In this document: positions 14,426 to 28,294 of the stretch, piece by piece
How the letters are laid out: each line of letters opens with the position of its first letter
Position numbering within the stretch: the stretch's first letter is position 1
Source of the DNA: Hamiltosporidium tvaerminnensis FI-OER-3-3
Lineage: Eukaryota; Fungi; Microsporidia
Assembly: GCA_022605425.2 (NCBI GenBank)
Contig: CM061246.1
Span: 992,001-1,056,000, forward strand
Direction: 5' to 3'
DNA: 64,000 bases
Notes under the pieces: model-generated
What the model was told of the DNA's origin: nothing
What the model saw: the letters and a program-made list of their open reading frames with translations, nothing else
Database searches by the model: none
Made by a program: the position numbers and the translations under genes

Positions 14426-16818
14426 ATAATTAGAAAAAAAAACCTGACAGCAAAAATATAAAAAATGAACCAAGAAAGGCTGAAAACTTGGAAACTAGTA
14501 TAAGAGAGAAAAAAGTGTGAGATTTAGATGTAGAAACAATCACCAGGAGGCCCATCCAGAAAAGCATCCACAATAACACCCAATAGATCGAGCAATACTT
14601 GCCAGTCTACTCGCTTGACACCATATCCTCGTCTTCCCGTTCCGATTCGTCTGCAAGAAACCATTTAATATCACGAAAAACCTTAATACAGCTTCCATTC
14701 CAGAACGAAACCGAATGATTTTATTGCATTCGATGCTTGAATCTGTCACGGATACAGAGCAGTCATTTCTTATATCTGGTATTATAGAAGTATCAAAATA
14801 TATTTGAAATAAGGCTAATAATGGCTGCCTGTAATTTGGAGGTACAATAATGAGAAATTTAGCTGCCCATTAGATCGATATGTTAAAAAATATAACACAA
14901 AATAAGGCAGAAATGAAAACAAGGCAAGAAGAGAATGAAGTGGGACGTAGAATCGCAATTTTTCTCACCGAGCCATGTTCTTTAACTTATAATACACTAT
15001 AATTAACCAGAAAAAAGTTAGTGTGTAAAACCAAGGAACTCACGTAGGAGGAAATTGGAGATGTAGTGGCTCAACTAGAAAACTCAAGTAAATTGGTTGA
15101 TGGAAAAAGTTTTGCACCTCATTAATCAGATCACGAGGAATTATGTAACTATCCTCTGTCTAATAATGTTAATGATGCAGCTCGAATTCTCCAGGCGGCC
15201 CAGGAATGCTATGACGAGGTAACACGCAAAAATATTGCTAGATTCGGTTGGAAGGAAAATATAGAGAGTAAAATTTCTAAGCTATTACACACCAAAGAGC
15301 TTCTTTAGAAGGCCTGAAAATCGGAAAAGATCTTCACTATAGAAGCTTAAAACCTTAAGAAAATCCTGCAAATGTTTAATTGAAACTTTAGCAATTTAAC
15401 TGATCGTTCTAAGGTTTTAGTTAAGAACAATGCCTTTTAATATGTCTGCACAAAAAAATTTCGATGTTTGAAAGTAAGAAGCAATTCCAAAAAGAGAATC
15501 GTATGTTTGAGATATTTCGAGGTCGATTTTATGGAGGTTGCTTTGGGCGCTTTGAATCCGAGAATGTGATCAATATGACAAAATTATGAAATTTTGAACT
15601 CAATGTGGAATAAAAATGATAAATATGTTACGTATAATGACTACTTGATATCAGTCGTGCCTGTACTCATCAGATCACATTGCCTTCCTTGAAGAGTTTG
15701 TAAATGTTATCAACTGAATGCCCAACCGAAAAGTCGCTGGAATTTATGGTGCTTGCAATTACCACATCAAGAAACGTACGATTCTTCACAAATAACTTTA
15801 TGATATTGTGAAAGTTATATGTTTAGAAGGTACGCCACAGCCGAATGGTATTATTGTGGACTTACTTATCTTATGCCAAAATTACACCAAAGACTGGTTC
15901 TGGTTACAGGCTAATTACCCGTAAGGCAAACTTGTATAAGCTGACAAGAAAATGTGTTACGCTGGTGGTGCAGCTTGAGGTGAAAAGACGAGATTAAGTT
16001 TCAGATAATCAGTTAGGAGCGGTTAGAGGGTGCAAGAAGCGAATGAACTGGTTTTATTGATTGTTGCACCTTAAAGAATACGAGCATAATCTTAAGGAAA
16101 TGTGGATTGAAGTCATAAAAACTTATAATTCAATTGATCCTACTTATTTGTTTCAATGAGTCGAAAACTTTTTATTTATCTGATTGGATCCTAAAATTTA
16201 TTAAGGTAATTGTATCAAAATAGAAAATTGATATATCAGTGGGGCCTGAAAAAATTATGAGCAAGATTAATAAAAGGATTGTTCGGAAAAATAATCTGTC
16301 ACCTTTGGTGTCTGTTTTGTGTATTGATCTATAAAGTCTAAAGTGAATAAAAAAATTTACTAAAGTGACAATATAAACGAAGGTTTTATCACTCTTACCA
16401 ATAATTTTTTGTTTATTGATGATATAAACCCTGTTGCCAAAGATGAACAAAAATTAGACAGATGAATAAGGGAATAGAAAGATTTCTAAACAACATATGA
16501 TTTGAGATCAACAAAAAGCGATCGGCTACAAATTATCCGTGTTGTAAATATACTGCTACTTTTTTCGAAAGAATGTGAAATTAGAAATAATTTAGAGTAA
16601 TAGAAGATAGTAGAGGAATCTCAACAGGACAGTTGTTGAAAGAAGTATAGATAAACTGGTAGCAGAACTAGAGAGACTTTGCCGCACGATATTAAATGCA
16701 AGAAATTTATTTCACATCATCATTCAAGATTTAATCTCTTTACTAAACCATCACATATGTGTACTTTATCTGTAACCATCTGTATTCTCAAATTTAGTCG
16801 ATTCAATACGTGTAGTGT
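14426..16818 (+). mobile_element. Old, degenerate copy of the RLE LINE (A-type N-terminus), 3' part missing
   Basis: Colinear with the 52302 ORF from the start (AGAAAAAAAAACCTGACAGCAAAAATATAAAAAATGA) through RT to the FSKLDDAV-equivalent; many stops. Confidence 0.88.
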
Positions 16819-18548
16819 CAATACTTACTTACTTATTGCAGTCTTATTTTACCTATCGGTGTCAAGGATCAACAAATGAGGTTTTCGCATTTGCTTGTTT
16901 TAATTTGTTAACCTCCGTGTTATAAGGAGTCGGTTTATGGATCCAGCTTGATTTATACTTCACTCTAATCAAAACTAAGATCTTCAAAAATTTCTATTGA
17001 CTTATTACCAAGCAGAAATTCTTTTAATTCGGGTTTCTTATCTCCACCTTAGGATATAAAACGAAGGAAAATACATTGGTATGACTATATTTTTTGCTCG
17101 AATCAAAGAATATACTTAATATATATTTTGCCTCTTAAATATGTTTATGAAGAATTCACAAGACAATTCTTCTTACATACTTATTCAGTTTTTCTTGTAT
17201 TTCGCTGTTGAAGCAATTTTAACTCATTATATCCTAATAATTATGCCAATTTAGGGCAGAATTGATTTTTAAATTCCGATAATAAATTTTATTTTTACTA
17301 CTATTATACTGCATAAGTTATTGTCGCAGAAAAACTAAATCAGATAAAACATTTAGAAAAAAAATACCTGGTAAAATTAAATAAGTTTAAGCCTATTTGA
17401 TAAGAAATAATATCGATTGCTCTTTTTATATAACCACCAGACTATATGAAGCATACTTAAAAAATTGTAAATCTCATCTTGAGAGCATTTACTGATCTAG
17501 TATAATTTCTTTAGCACAAAAACAAAATTATAAAATCAGAGATCAAACGTTCGAAGGATTTTCCCATAAAAATATTCGAGACATTATTTGATATGATGAA
17601 TGAGTAAAAAGAAAATAGTAAAGATATTATAAAAAAAGGCAATACAAATGTTATACTCTAACTTATAGATAAGAAAATTTATAATTATTTAAATAGAAAT
17701 AAAAATAGTTTTATAACTTTAACTGCTTAAAAATGTTGTGATTAAAAAAACAATGTGAAAGAATATGATTTTAAAAAAATAACGCGAAAGAAGAGGATAC
17801 ATATACCATGCTAAATAATAAGATGGGAATGAGATATCAAAGAAGCTAAAATATTCTTTTTCAGCTATAACTCTAAATTGAATTGAATTTCACTTACTTG
17901 GAGGTTAATATTTCTAATTATTCTATACGATGTTTATTGTAGATGAACTATTCATATAAATTTTGGTTTAATATTTAGAAAAAAATTTGAAATAAAGTCT
18001 AAGTTAACCGGCTATTCTATGGTTATTTGCAACAGGTATCAAACATACGAAAATAAATAAAATAGAGAGAAAATTTAAGTTTAATTTATGTATATTGCGA
18101 TTCATCTCCTGAATATTTAATGTCATGGTCCATAAAGCACCTCTTTATTTCCACTACGCCTTTATATATTAATAATCCCATTTATTCATAGTGGACATAT
18201 GTTATTTGTATTTGATTTCCTATGCTATATTTTCCGGGTTATTTCGTATTTACTCCGCCATCTATTGTTCCAGTGTGATTTCCATATTATACGGCCGAGT
18301 TTTTGTCCTTAAATTCAAACGATCAACAGGCAATATATATTCAAATAATCTCAATGTAAAACTTAACGGCTTGCTATTGTTTGATATTATAGATTAAATA
18401 AACGCTTTAAAGTGCAACTACTTGTTATATGGGAGCAAATTTCGAGCAAATAAGTCTTATGAATAAATAAATTTTTAAGAATTATAAAATTATTCATTCA
18501 CTTTTTATACTTTTTATTTTACTAATAGCAAAAAATATTGTAGACAGA

Positions 18549-19700
18549 ATGCCAGGAATTTTAATTTGCCAAAACAAGGAAGAAAACGATATTTTTGAAG
18601 ACCGGATAGTATCTAGAAATTACACCAACAAGCTAAAAGACTTTTAGAAGGAGGCTAAATGAATTTATAATGTTTGGATATGATCTTTGCTTCAAAAGGC
18701 GCGAAGAAATTCCGAAGGTTTTTTTTTGAGGTTGAACCGGGTCGATTAAATATATAACCGAGACAGAACTTTCTGTACCACATTGTTGGAATTGATAAAA
18801 TGCTTTCTTTGATTCTACAAAAATACCATGGAATTCCCAAGACAGGCTTACGTCAATGTTTAAAAGCACATGAAGCATGTAGTAGATAAATTTCTGTAAA
18901 AAAACCAGCTAATTTATATAAAATATATTACAAAAAACATGATTTTTTTGTAGATCAAAGAAGATACGCTAATCAAAATAATGAGTATTGTTAAATTTTA
19001 AACTTAATCTACACTTATAAAAAGCATCTCCGGTGTTTTAAGATAATACACAAGACTTCACAGTTTGTAAGAGATTTATTTAAATTTATATTTGAAAATC
19101 TCGTCATTATAATTGCTATTTAATCTGATTATAGCAAATAATTTAAAAATGAATAGCCGGAAATATACTTAACTGCACTTAAGATTCAAATTATACATAG
19201 GAAACTACGTAATACAAAAGCCCAGGTACGAGTTTTATGGATGAATCGAACAATAAAAAGATGCTTGGCAAAAAAAGTTATATCTTCCTGGTTCGAACAA
19301 GTAGATTGATTTTTATAGTGATGCTATATAGGCTTTTAATAGAACAATACATAAGGCCTCAAATGAATCAAAATTTCAATTCTTTTTCGGTAACTTAGAT
19401 TTAATAATCCTCGTTCTGGTAGTATAATGATTTAGGAAATAAATGATGATTTAGTATTGTTCGACAGAATTGGTTCTGGGGTATTAACTTACGATAGCCA
19501 TGATAAATATACACATCAGAATTTAGAGATTCCGTCTAAAATATATAACGAAGTAGATGATTCTCGATGTCTTTCTTAAACCTCAACAACTACTGCTTTT
19601 GAAATTGATAAGAATATAGAAAATGATACAGAAGTAAGTAAACATTTTGAAAAATATAAAAAAAAGAATCATAGAAAGTAAAGATTCAAATAAAACAATA
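18549..19700 (+). pseudogene. Decayed Ginger/Gypsy-type DDE integrase (HHCC + rve)
   Basis: Fragments HIVGIDKMLSLILQKYHGIPK..HEAC, VDQRRYANQNNEY.ILNLIYTY, SDYSK.FKN (SDNG.EF-like) and IIHRKLRNTKAQ..MNRTIKR. 3' boundary approximate. Confidence 0.72.
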
Positions 19701-20092
19701 AGAAATCTCCTTATTCGTATAATTGTTTTGATAAAAAAAAAGATTTACTCATAAATTTAAAGACTAAACGAGCACCGTTCGATCATTTTTATGATAATTC
19801 TGTCTTTGACGTAACAAATATTTTTATTAGTAATATGATAAAATTACAAAACGTTAATACTGAAAAAAGAACTGTTTAGAAAAGCGTAATAAAGCGGATT
19901 TGATCTTTATTTTCTTTTTTTTTTAAACTATGTGTTATTTTTAAAATAAGAAATGCTTACATAAAAGGATATGGTTTTATTTTTAAAATTCCAACGATAA
20001 ATATTTTTAGAGGGAAAATATAATCATTAGTTTAAAATCCTTTTTTTCTTTGACTTCAATTATATTTTAAAAAAATACTTCATGTTTTAGTC

Positions 20093-20240
20093 CAGGGGCT
20101 CTAAAGATGAATGAATAGAAAATAAGAGGGGTAACAAGAAGTATAATAATATAACGGGGTCTAAGTAATTCAAATAAAAGTGGGGTGTTTAAGAAATAAT
20201 GGGCGGGGCGTAATGAACATGAGGGGCATTAAGGAACGCG
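20093..20240 (+). repeat. Array of GGGG(N)nTAA(G) motifs, probably subterminal repeats of the integrase element
   Basis: About six spaced G-runs followed by TAA, ending GGGGCATTAAGGAACGCG. Weak complementary motifs near 18130-18180. Confidence 0.4.
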
Positions 20241-23200
20241 AAAAATAATCATCAAACTTTACATATAAAATTTTATTTCCAAAATAGCAAAAAAAACGAT
20301 TTCATTATCAGATAAAATTGGAATAACGTAGAAAAAGAAAATAATACCGCAAAATAACTAAATTTAGACTTCAAACCTTAAAAAATACAAAATGCATTAG
20401 AAACTCTATATTATTCAGCTTATAAAAGTGATAGGGTTTAACTGGTAAAAAAATATAAAGTAACTCCTTCATGTTTGCTTTATTTATTAGATTTAAACAC
20501 CATTAGATTTTGATTAAGCTTTTATTTGCAATTATTTGTAAGAGAGTAAAAAAATTTTCCAACGATTTATTTCAAATAAATATTCGCTAGCAGAATTTTG
20601 TCCAAACTCGAATATCTAAATCGAAATAATCGGAAACTCCTGCTTTTTTTGTAATATAGGCGGATTCTAAAAACTCTCGGTAAAAACTGAAAAACCCCTA
20701 AGATAGTATAATAAGAGATTGTCAAATGCTTTTAAAGGTTAACCAAAATATAAACAGGGTGTATTTAAATCATTGTCTTAGAAAGGTACATTTTATGATT
20801 ACATATTCCCCCTAAAAATGTTCTGGGACAGATATAACTCTTTATAAAAATATAAAAAAAAAATTTTGTTTAAAATGTATTTATATCTATAGATGGAATT
20901 TATACTGATAATTAAATTTTAAACATACGGTAATATAAGTTAACAATTTGTTAAACCTCATCAATTTAACATCACGAGGATATGTGTTTTAATTATATAC
21001 CAATAATCTCGGAATCTTACCTATTATAAAATCAGCGAATATATGTGAAAACAAGACAAGACATAAAATAAAGCCCAGAAAACTAGGAATTAATACTTAT
21101 AAGTAAAATTTTGAGTGACATTTATACCGAAATATAGAAAATATAAATACTAAAAGAAATATCGTCGAAAGAACATCGTAATAACAATTTAACTAAAATT
21201 AATTTAAGATTGAAAAGGTAATTTGTCTACAACTTTAATTGCAAAAAAATATTTTCAAATTTAGGATTATAAAAAATTTGATTTGAAAATTTAAGTGTAT
21301 TTTTGATTAATAAAACCTCGTAAAAATTCTAATTCATCTTTTGTCCTTAATCTATGTTTATAAATAATAGTAAAAAAAATCAAACTTTATAACTATGGTT
21401 TAAAATGAGACTCAAGAGGTTAAATAAGGACATGATATGATACTAAATATAATTTCTTCTCCGATTTTACAGCCTTAAATACTTTTTCTAGACTTCAAAT
21501 TAGAAAATAACTAAAAGAAATTGTATTTATGATATCAAAAATTAATATTTACAACTGTCCACAAATATCTTAATTACTTATTTAAGTTCATATAATTTAA
21601 ATTTATTTAAATTAAACAATGATTTTTAGCACATTTCGAAGCTGTAAGAAATATAAACTCAGTATAATACGAAACAGACACATATTTTTCATTTTGAATT
21701 TCTGACATTGAAAAAAATCCTTACTTAGATAAGAAATATATTTACAATCAACCTTAATTAAACAAATTTTATACAGATTTAAATTATTTGAACGAAATTT
21801 TTTACTTCGGATTTTATGCAATTAATTGGTTATTAAATGGCATATTTGTTTATTTATTCAAGCAAATAATCAAAAACTACATGAAAGCTCATATATAGAG
21901 AAATAGTAGTAAATCTGTTTGTCTTTTTAATAAATCAACTAAGAGAGATATAAACTCACCAATGACATGTTTTGTTGTATAAAGAACCTGGGAACAGATC
22001 AGTATGATAACAAAGTTGTGTAAATTATTATATTTGACTAAAAGACGTCAAATAATTTATTTTTTTTGATTTAGAGATGCATTGTTTGGTCTAATCAGCT
22101 TTCATAATAAATCAATGGGGTATATATGTGCTTTTTTACCTTAAAAATAATGTATGTACAGGTTTCAAAGACATATAAGAATTATTTCTCGTTTGAATGT
22201 TTATAAAAATTTGTTAGCAAATTTAATACTGGTATTAAAATTTAAAATGACATGTAAGTTTAATTGCATCGGTTGTATGATTAAAACCAATGTATTATAT
22301 AACATAGAACTATCATAGGTAACAACCCCCTTTAGAATTTATTTGCGTCTATTTTTATCAAAAATCCAAGTCCTATAGTTTATTCTGGATTAATATAATA
22401 TTGATGATTCACTTCCGAAACAATTCATTTAAAATATCTTATGATAATATTATAATCGAGAGCACAAATTTTACTATATAAAGCAAGATTATTGTTCCAT
22501 ATCGAAGCATAGGTTTGATGATCGTTGATAATCTTCAAGAAATAAAATCTCTAGGATATTAAATCAAAAAAGTTAGGAATCGGATTTAGAAAGAAAATAT
22601 AATTTTGAAATATCACCGCTGTTCATGTTTGAAATACTCTAATTTAGCTGTAATTATATGCAAATAGAAAAAGTCTATAAAGGTATAAAGCGATTTAAAG
22701 ATTCGAAAGATATATAGCTGAGCAAAAGTTTATTATAAAAGCAAATGATAAAAAAAATAAACTATGACGAATGAAAAGAAACATGTGGAATACTGTCGAA
22801 GTCTAAAAATTTATTTATTAATATAAGTCTGTAATAACGATCGCCCAATTATCAAATTATTTTAAGAGTTAGAATAAAACAAAATAATTTTTCTTCATCA
22901 CTAAGCTGAACACTATTCTGATATTGGGAACGTAATTGCGCTTATTTTTTGATCGGGATATGTTAGTTGCGTTTAAATGAAATATTCCATTTTAGTCTTA
23001 GATGAACATAAAAATGTTTGTTTCGTAAGAATACTATTGAAGTGGAGTTTGGGTTCGACTTTTATACAAATTAAAGCTTCTTTCTAATGTACATTAATTT
23101 TATTGAGAGAGGTTCATAATATTATAATAAAGAGAAATTTAATTTGGTATGATTTTTTCCAAATTTACAATAAATTTATTGAAGAAAGAAAAAACAGTAA

Positions 23201-24069
23201 AATTAAAGCCAAAATTAATATTCTTAAAATATTTTCACACATCAAACATCATAAAATATTTCATTAAATGTAATTATGCCCTACATAATGTAGTCAAATC
23301 AGAAAATAACTAATTGACTCTTATTTTCAATAGAATTTTGGATTTATCTTTTTGAAACAGTCAAATTATCTTCAGCGTTATATTTTTCAGAATTTAAATA
23401 ATATTGGATTTATAATAATAATAAAAATTTCAGGTCTTTGTAATCTTTAAATTATATTTATTTAATCATATCTCAGATTTTTGACTTCTTTTTATTGCTT
23501 AAAGTGTGTATTTATGAGAGTTTAGAAATTTTTTGTTAAAATATACTAGATTGCCGGATAGAAGCTTAATTGTACAAAGTGTCTGAAGTATTAATTCATT
23601 TTTTATAGATATCTTTCAATATTTAAGCTATATTTTAGGCTAAAATATTTCAGAAAACTTCTTTCTACTAAATTATCATACATTTTTATATCTTTTATAT
23701 ATTTGCATCAATAATTTGAAGGATATATATATTAGGAACCAATTTATTTATTAAAACTTTAATAAAATGTTATAATTAAAGTAAAATTGAATCATTCAAG
23801 GCTTTTTCAAATAAATTAAAAACCACCCAGAAATCCTCTACTTTAAATGCTATAAGCTAGACAAACAGTAAATAAAATTTTTTACGCAAACAAAATTTTA
23901 ATTTGATTTTTACTTCCTCGTTTTTATTTATTTATTTTTGAAAGTATAAATCAAAATAAATTCTATAAGATTTACCCATAATCTTATTGTAAAGTTTAAA
24001 GAATTACAATTTACTCTTTTTAAACAAGAAAAAAGAAAAAATATTTACAAATGAAATTTATTTAGAATT

Positions 24070-26940
24070 TTATCTTCGTTTTTTATACGAATATTCACTT
24101 GAATCATCTGAAATATTTCTATCGCCTGATCTATTTTTACAGTAAAAATCATTATCCCTTGTATTTTTATATCTATAATAATCATCATCATATCTTCTTT
24201 TGTAATTGTACGAATTTCTTGAATATACACTTTTCGAATCGCCAAAACCTCTTCTATAGGTTGATTGTTCAGACTGATATCTGTATTGATATCTATCACC
24301 TATAGAATGCTCATATGGTTTACTATACCTTTCAAATTTTCGAGTATCTGGCCTTGCAATTATATTTTCAGGTTTTCTAGCAAGCTTATTTTCTTCCTCG
24401 TCCCACTTCCTAAGTTCTCCTTCTTCTGATGAACTAGAATTCTTTCGTAAATTCTTTGCTGGAACTGAATCGGAATCACTAATGTAGGAAGTGTTTCCCT
24501 TGGGCGTGATTACCGATTCATTAGCCTCAATTTCCGCTTTAAATCTTTTTTCTTTCACCAATAGCTTTGCGTAACAACTATTGGCCAGGACTCTCAAGTC
24601 TTCCCTTGTTGATTTTTCGTATTTTTTTATAAAATTAAGAACCCAATCATGACCTATTAAATATTTTGTTTCAATATTATCAATAAAAATTATGTGGTTC
24701 CTTACTTCATGATATTTTTTGGAATCACACTCTTTTATTCCGAATAAAATTTCTTTAATTTGGATTTCTGATAGAAATTTGGTAATCATTTCTATTTCAT
24801 AAGGAATAAGATACTTTATAGTTTGAAATTCAATTTTTTTCATTAATATATCTTTGATCCTCTCTTCGAAAAAATCACCTCCTGTAATTTTATTCCAAAT
24901 CATTATATATCGGCTACACATATCGGTTTTACACTTCAAAGAAAGTTTTTTTACCTTAAAAATATCTGTAATTCCACTACTAACACATATTCCAAGTTTA
25001 TTTTCAATGTATTCGTTATTATTTTCAGAATTGCTCACAATATAATTTTCAGTTTTACTCCCACAATTTGGTTTATATTTTGTGTCACCTTTATTTTCAT
25101 TTATATTGTAACTAAATAACAGAGCCTCAACTAATGGAAGGAATAAATATTTTTTTTGAGCTAACATCGTCGAAGAATATTCTAAGAATAATTTTCTGTC
25201 GATTAAATCGGAAAAGCTTCTCAGGAAGAAACATAAGTTGGTAAACCATTGATAATACTCTCCGTTTGTATATATTTTCTTGAATTCATTATTTTCAACT
25301 ACTTTTTTACTTTTATGAATACTAGTATTAGATTGATTAAGTGTCTTTATATTTTCATTCTGTCCTTTTTCCGCACCACACTTTTTATTATCAGAAATAT
25401 TAAGACTAGAATCATTGTCAATACCTTGATAAATATTTTTACGTTCCAAATTAAACAAATCCATTTCTTCACTTGCATCATAACACTCAAAATTTTCATA
25501 GTCAGAATTATTTAATAATTCTAAAATATAGAAATGAAAAAAATCAATGAAATATTCTTTCATACATTTAATCAACTCAATATATAAGGGTATCAATGAG
25601 TTGAAAGTAATGAATGATTTAAATATTTCATCAATTACACTGAAAGGTGAAGAGGCACATAAATCTATCAATTTTTTAGAAATGAATTCAATATTATCCA
25701 TACACAGTCTTTTTAAAAATTTTCTTGTATTTACAGAAGCATCGTTATCAATAATCCTTAAACTATTATATAATTTGAACCTTTCTCCAATCTTTAAATT
25801 TTTAATTAAATCCCAAATTTCTACCATAAAATTTTCTGAAATATTTTTCCCATTCATTGTAAAAACTCGATGTATTAATTTCATTGGAAATTTAAGTGTT
25901 CCATTATATTTTAAAAGAAAATTTTTATCGATTAAATCAACATATTCCTCAAGATTGTCAGTATCCTTGAATTGAAGAAAGAATTTGTATAGGCATTCAT
26001 CATCTAAAGAATATTTTTTTATAATTTTTTTAGAAAATTCAAAATCAATATTTATCAAAACTTTAAAGGTTTCATTGATATCATTTGAAAATTCGAGAAG
26101 CAAAAGAGAAAGATTTGGAATTTTGAAAGAAAATATATTTTCACAGAGCAAATCAGGAAAGTTAATTTTCAAATTCTTTTCCAAATCTTCATTGATAGAA
26201 TCCACTTTACTTTGTTCTACAATTTTTATTCTTTTGGGATCTTCATTTTCTTGTTTATACTTTTTCCTTGAAATTTCATACTTCGTTTTTAATTGTGATG
26301 ATATCAATTCAAATAATTTTTCATTTGATAAAAAATTGGGTTTTTCAACAACAGTAGCCTCCAAAGAAATCATTAGTTTTGTCAATTCATCTGATTTTAT
26401 ACTTTTTTCTTCTAAGCATTTCCTTTTCTTACTTTTCAAAATCCTTTCAATTTCTTTTTTACGGCTTTTTGAACACTTTGAATAACTTGAATGTTCATTT
26501 CCATATGTTTTGATATCATTATTAGTATTCTTAGAATCTATATTATTTTTTGAAGTTGTTATATCCGTCTTTTTTTCTTTATCATCTTCATCTCTTACAT
26601 TATTATTTATTTTAATAACTGTATTTTCTTTTTTTCTTTTTATAGCTGCATAATGGATTCCATGGTTATTCAAATCATTCTGTATATCGATTTTTCTACG
26701 CTGAACATAATTAGATCTTGTATTATATGAAGTTATAGATTCTTTATATTTATTAGTCGGTAATGATAGGTGGTTTAGGAAAGAGATAGAAAAGTACTTA
26801 TAAAACACAGGAAAGATTTTATCACCATAAATATTCTGTAATCCTTTTGCCTTCTCGACAGCGCTAAGCTCATTTTTTGCAGCTTCTAATGATATTGAAA
26901 CAACTTGCTCTTCTATTTTCTGTGGTAAATGTTCTTGCAT
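24070..26940 (-). CDS. THO2: THO complex subunit 2
   Basis: 956-aa ORF with CCCC before ATG. EIWDLIKNL..ERFKLY, FLKRLCMDN..LCASSPFSVIDEI..NSLIPLYIELIK and QWFTNLCFF match Thoc2 blocks. R/S/D/Y-rich tail. Confidence 0.8.
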   Translation of the reverse strand: MQEHLPQKIEEQVVSISLEAAKNELSAVEKAKGLQNIYGDKIFPVFYKYFSISFLNHLSLPTNKYKESITSYNTRSNYVQRRKIDIQNDLNNHGIHYAAIKRKKENTVIKINNNVRDEDDKEKKTDITTSKNNIDSKNTNNDIKTYGNEHSSYSKCSKSRKKEIERILKSKKRKCLEEKSIKSDELTKLMISLEATVVEKPNFLSNEKLFELISSQLKTKYEISRKKYKQENEDPKRIKIVEQSKVDSINEDLEKNLKINFPDLLCENIFSFKIPNLSLLLLEFSNDINETFKVLINIDFEFSKKIIKKYSLDDECLYKFFLQFKDTDNLEEYVDLIDKNFLLKYNGTLKFPMKLIHRVFTMNGKNISENFMVEIWDLIKNLKIGERFKLYNSLRIIDNDASVNTRKFLKRLCMDNIEFISKKLIDLCASSPFSVIDEIFKSFITFNSLIPLYIELIKCMKEYFIDFFHFYILELLNNSDYENFECYDASEEMDLFNLERKNIYQGIDNDSSLNISDNKKCGAEKGQNENIKTLNQSNTSIHKSKKVVENNEFKKIYTNGEYYQWFTNLCFFLRSFSDLIDRKLFLEYSSTMLAQKKYLFLPLVEALLFSYNINENKGDTKYKPNCGSKTENYIVSNSENNNEYIENKLGICVSSGITDIFKVKKLSLKCKTDMCSRYIMIWNKITGGDFFEERIKDILMKKIEFQTIKYLIPYEIEMITKFLSEIQIKEILFGIKECDSKKYHEVRNHIIFIDNIETKYLIGHDWVLNFIKKYEKSTREDLRVLANSCYAKLLVKEKRFKAEIEANESVITPKGNTSYISDSDSVPAKNLRKNSSSSEEGELRKWDEEENKLARKPENIIARPDTRKFERYSKPYEHSIGDRYQYRYQSEQSTYRRGFGDSKSVYSRNSYNYKRRYDDDYYRYKNTRDNDFYCKNRSGDRNISDDSSEYSYKKRR

Positions 26941-28294
26941 GGGGATTTATTTTGATTGTGTTTATAAAGTTTTTAAAATCACAAATTTCATATAAGTTGG
27001 ATTGATTTTGATCAGTTTTGTAGAATAAAATTGTGTCTCAAGTATTTTTGATGATTTTGAAAAGAAATTTATATTAAATAGAAAATTCTTTTATAAATTT
27101 ATAAAGAAATGGATTGGTTTTACTGAAGAGAATCTCTCTAAAATTATTTTTATGCTTTCGAAAAAATTCATTTTTATAAATTTATAAAAGTTTATACAAA
27201 TGTAAACAATTAATTTTATTTGCTTTTGGTTTTGAATTCACAAAATATTTAAAGAATTCTGATTATTGCATAATAATATTAACAGTTAAATTTATTTATG
27301 AACTATCGATAATTAAATAAAATACAATTTTTTGTAAATTGTAATTATAAATTTATTATATTCCTACGGATACTAGCATAACTTTAAGAGTCTAATTCAG
27401 ACTTATAATAAACAGTAAAATTTGAAATTTAAATTCATATCACACCTTTTGATGCTTATGATGAAAATCTTAACTACGACATAGAATTGTATATCGTAAG
27501 TATTAATCTTAAAAAAAATCGATATAAATCTAGAAGTATAGAATGATTATTGAAAGCTGATTTACCATATAACCTCAATTGTTTTCGGAAAATGGTTGAA
27601 TAAATGTTATAAAGTAATTGGACATACTTTTAAGAAAATTTAATGAGATTTCGAATACTTTTGCAATATTTCAAATAACCTTAAAATACCGAGAGTAAGA
27701 AAACTTGAATTAATGATAAAAGAAAATGCGAATGTTTCTTGGATATTTGGGTCATTCCTAAGGGGTGACTTCTTTAAGTAGCTGCGAATTTTTTCAACAA
27801 AAAAAAATAGAAATTTAGTGAAAAAAATATTGGTTAGACTTTAAAGGTTTTCATCATAACTTTTTGGTTAAAATATATTGAAATTATGATCTAAAGACAC
27901 TTAAAATATTTATTTATATATCAAAGATAATGTCTAACGATGTAAGATATATTCTATAAGCTGGAAGTAGGTAAAAATACAACAATATATTTAAATATTC
28001 TTTATGGTCTACGTATATTATCTTTAGATTATTGTTATGTACAAAAAAAATCAAATTAGAAAAAAAAGAGTGAAACTGATGCAGCGACTATAAATATAGA
28101 AGAGTAATTTTATTTAAAATATAAAGTCAAGGAAATGAGAAGCAGCATGATTTTATAACAAAAACCAAGAGGAATAAATGATGATTAAATATTTTTTTTA
28201 CTTGATATTACACATGGTATTTACGAGAATTAAAATAAATCTAATTAATCGAGTACTTGTCTATAAATCTTCTTATTTTAAATTCCCCTTTAAT

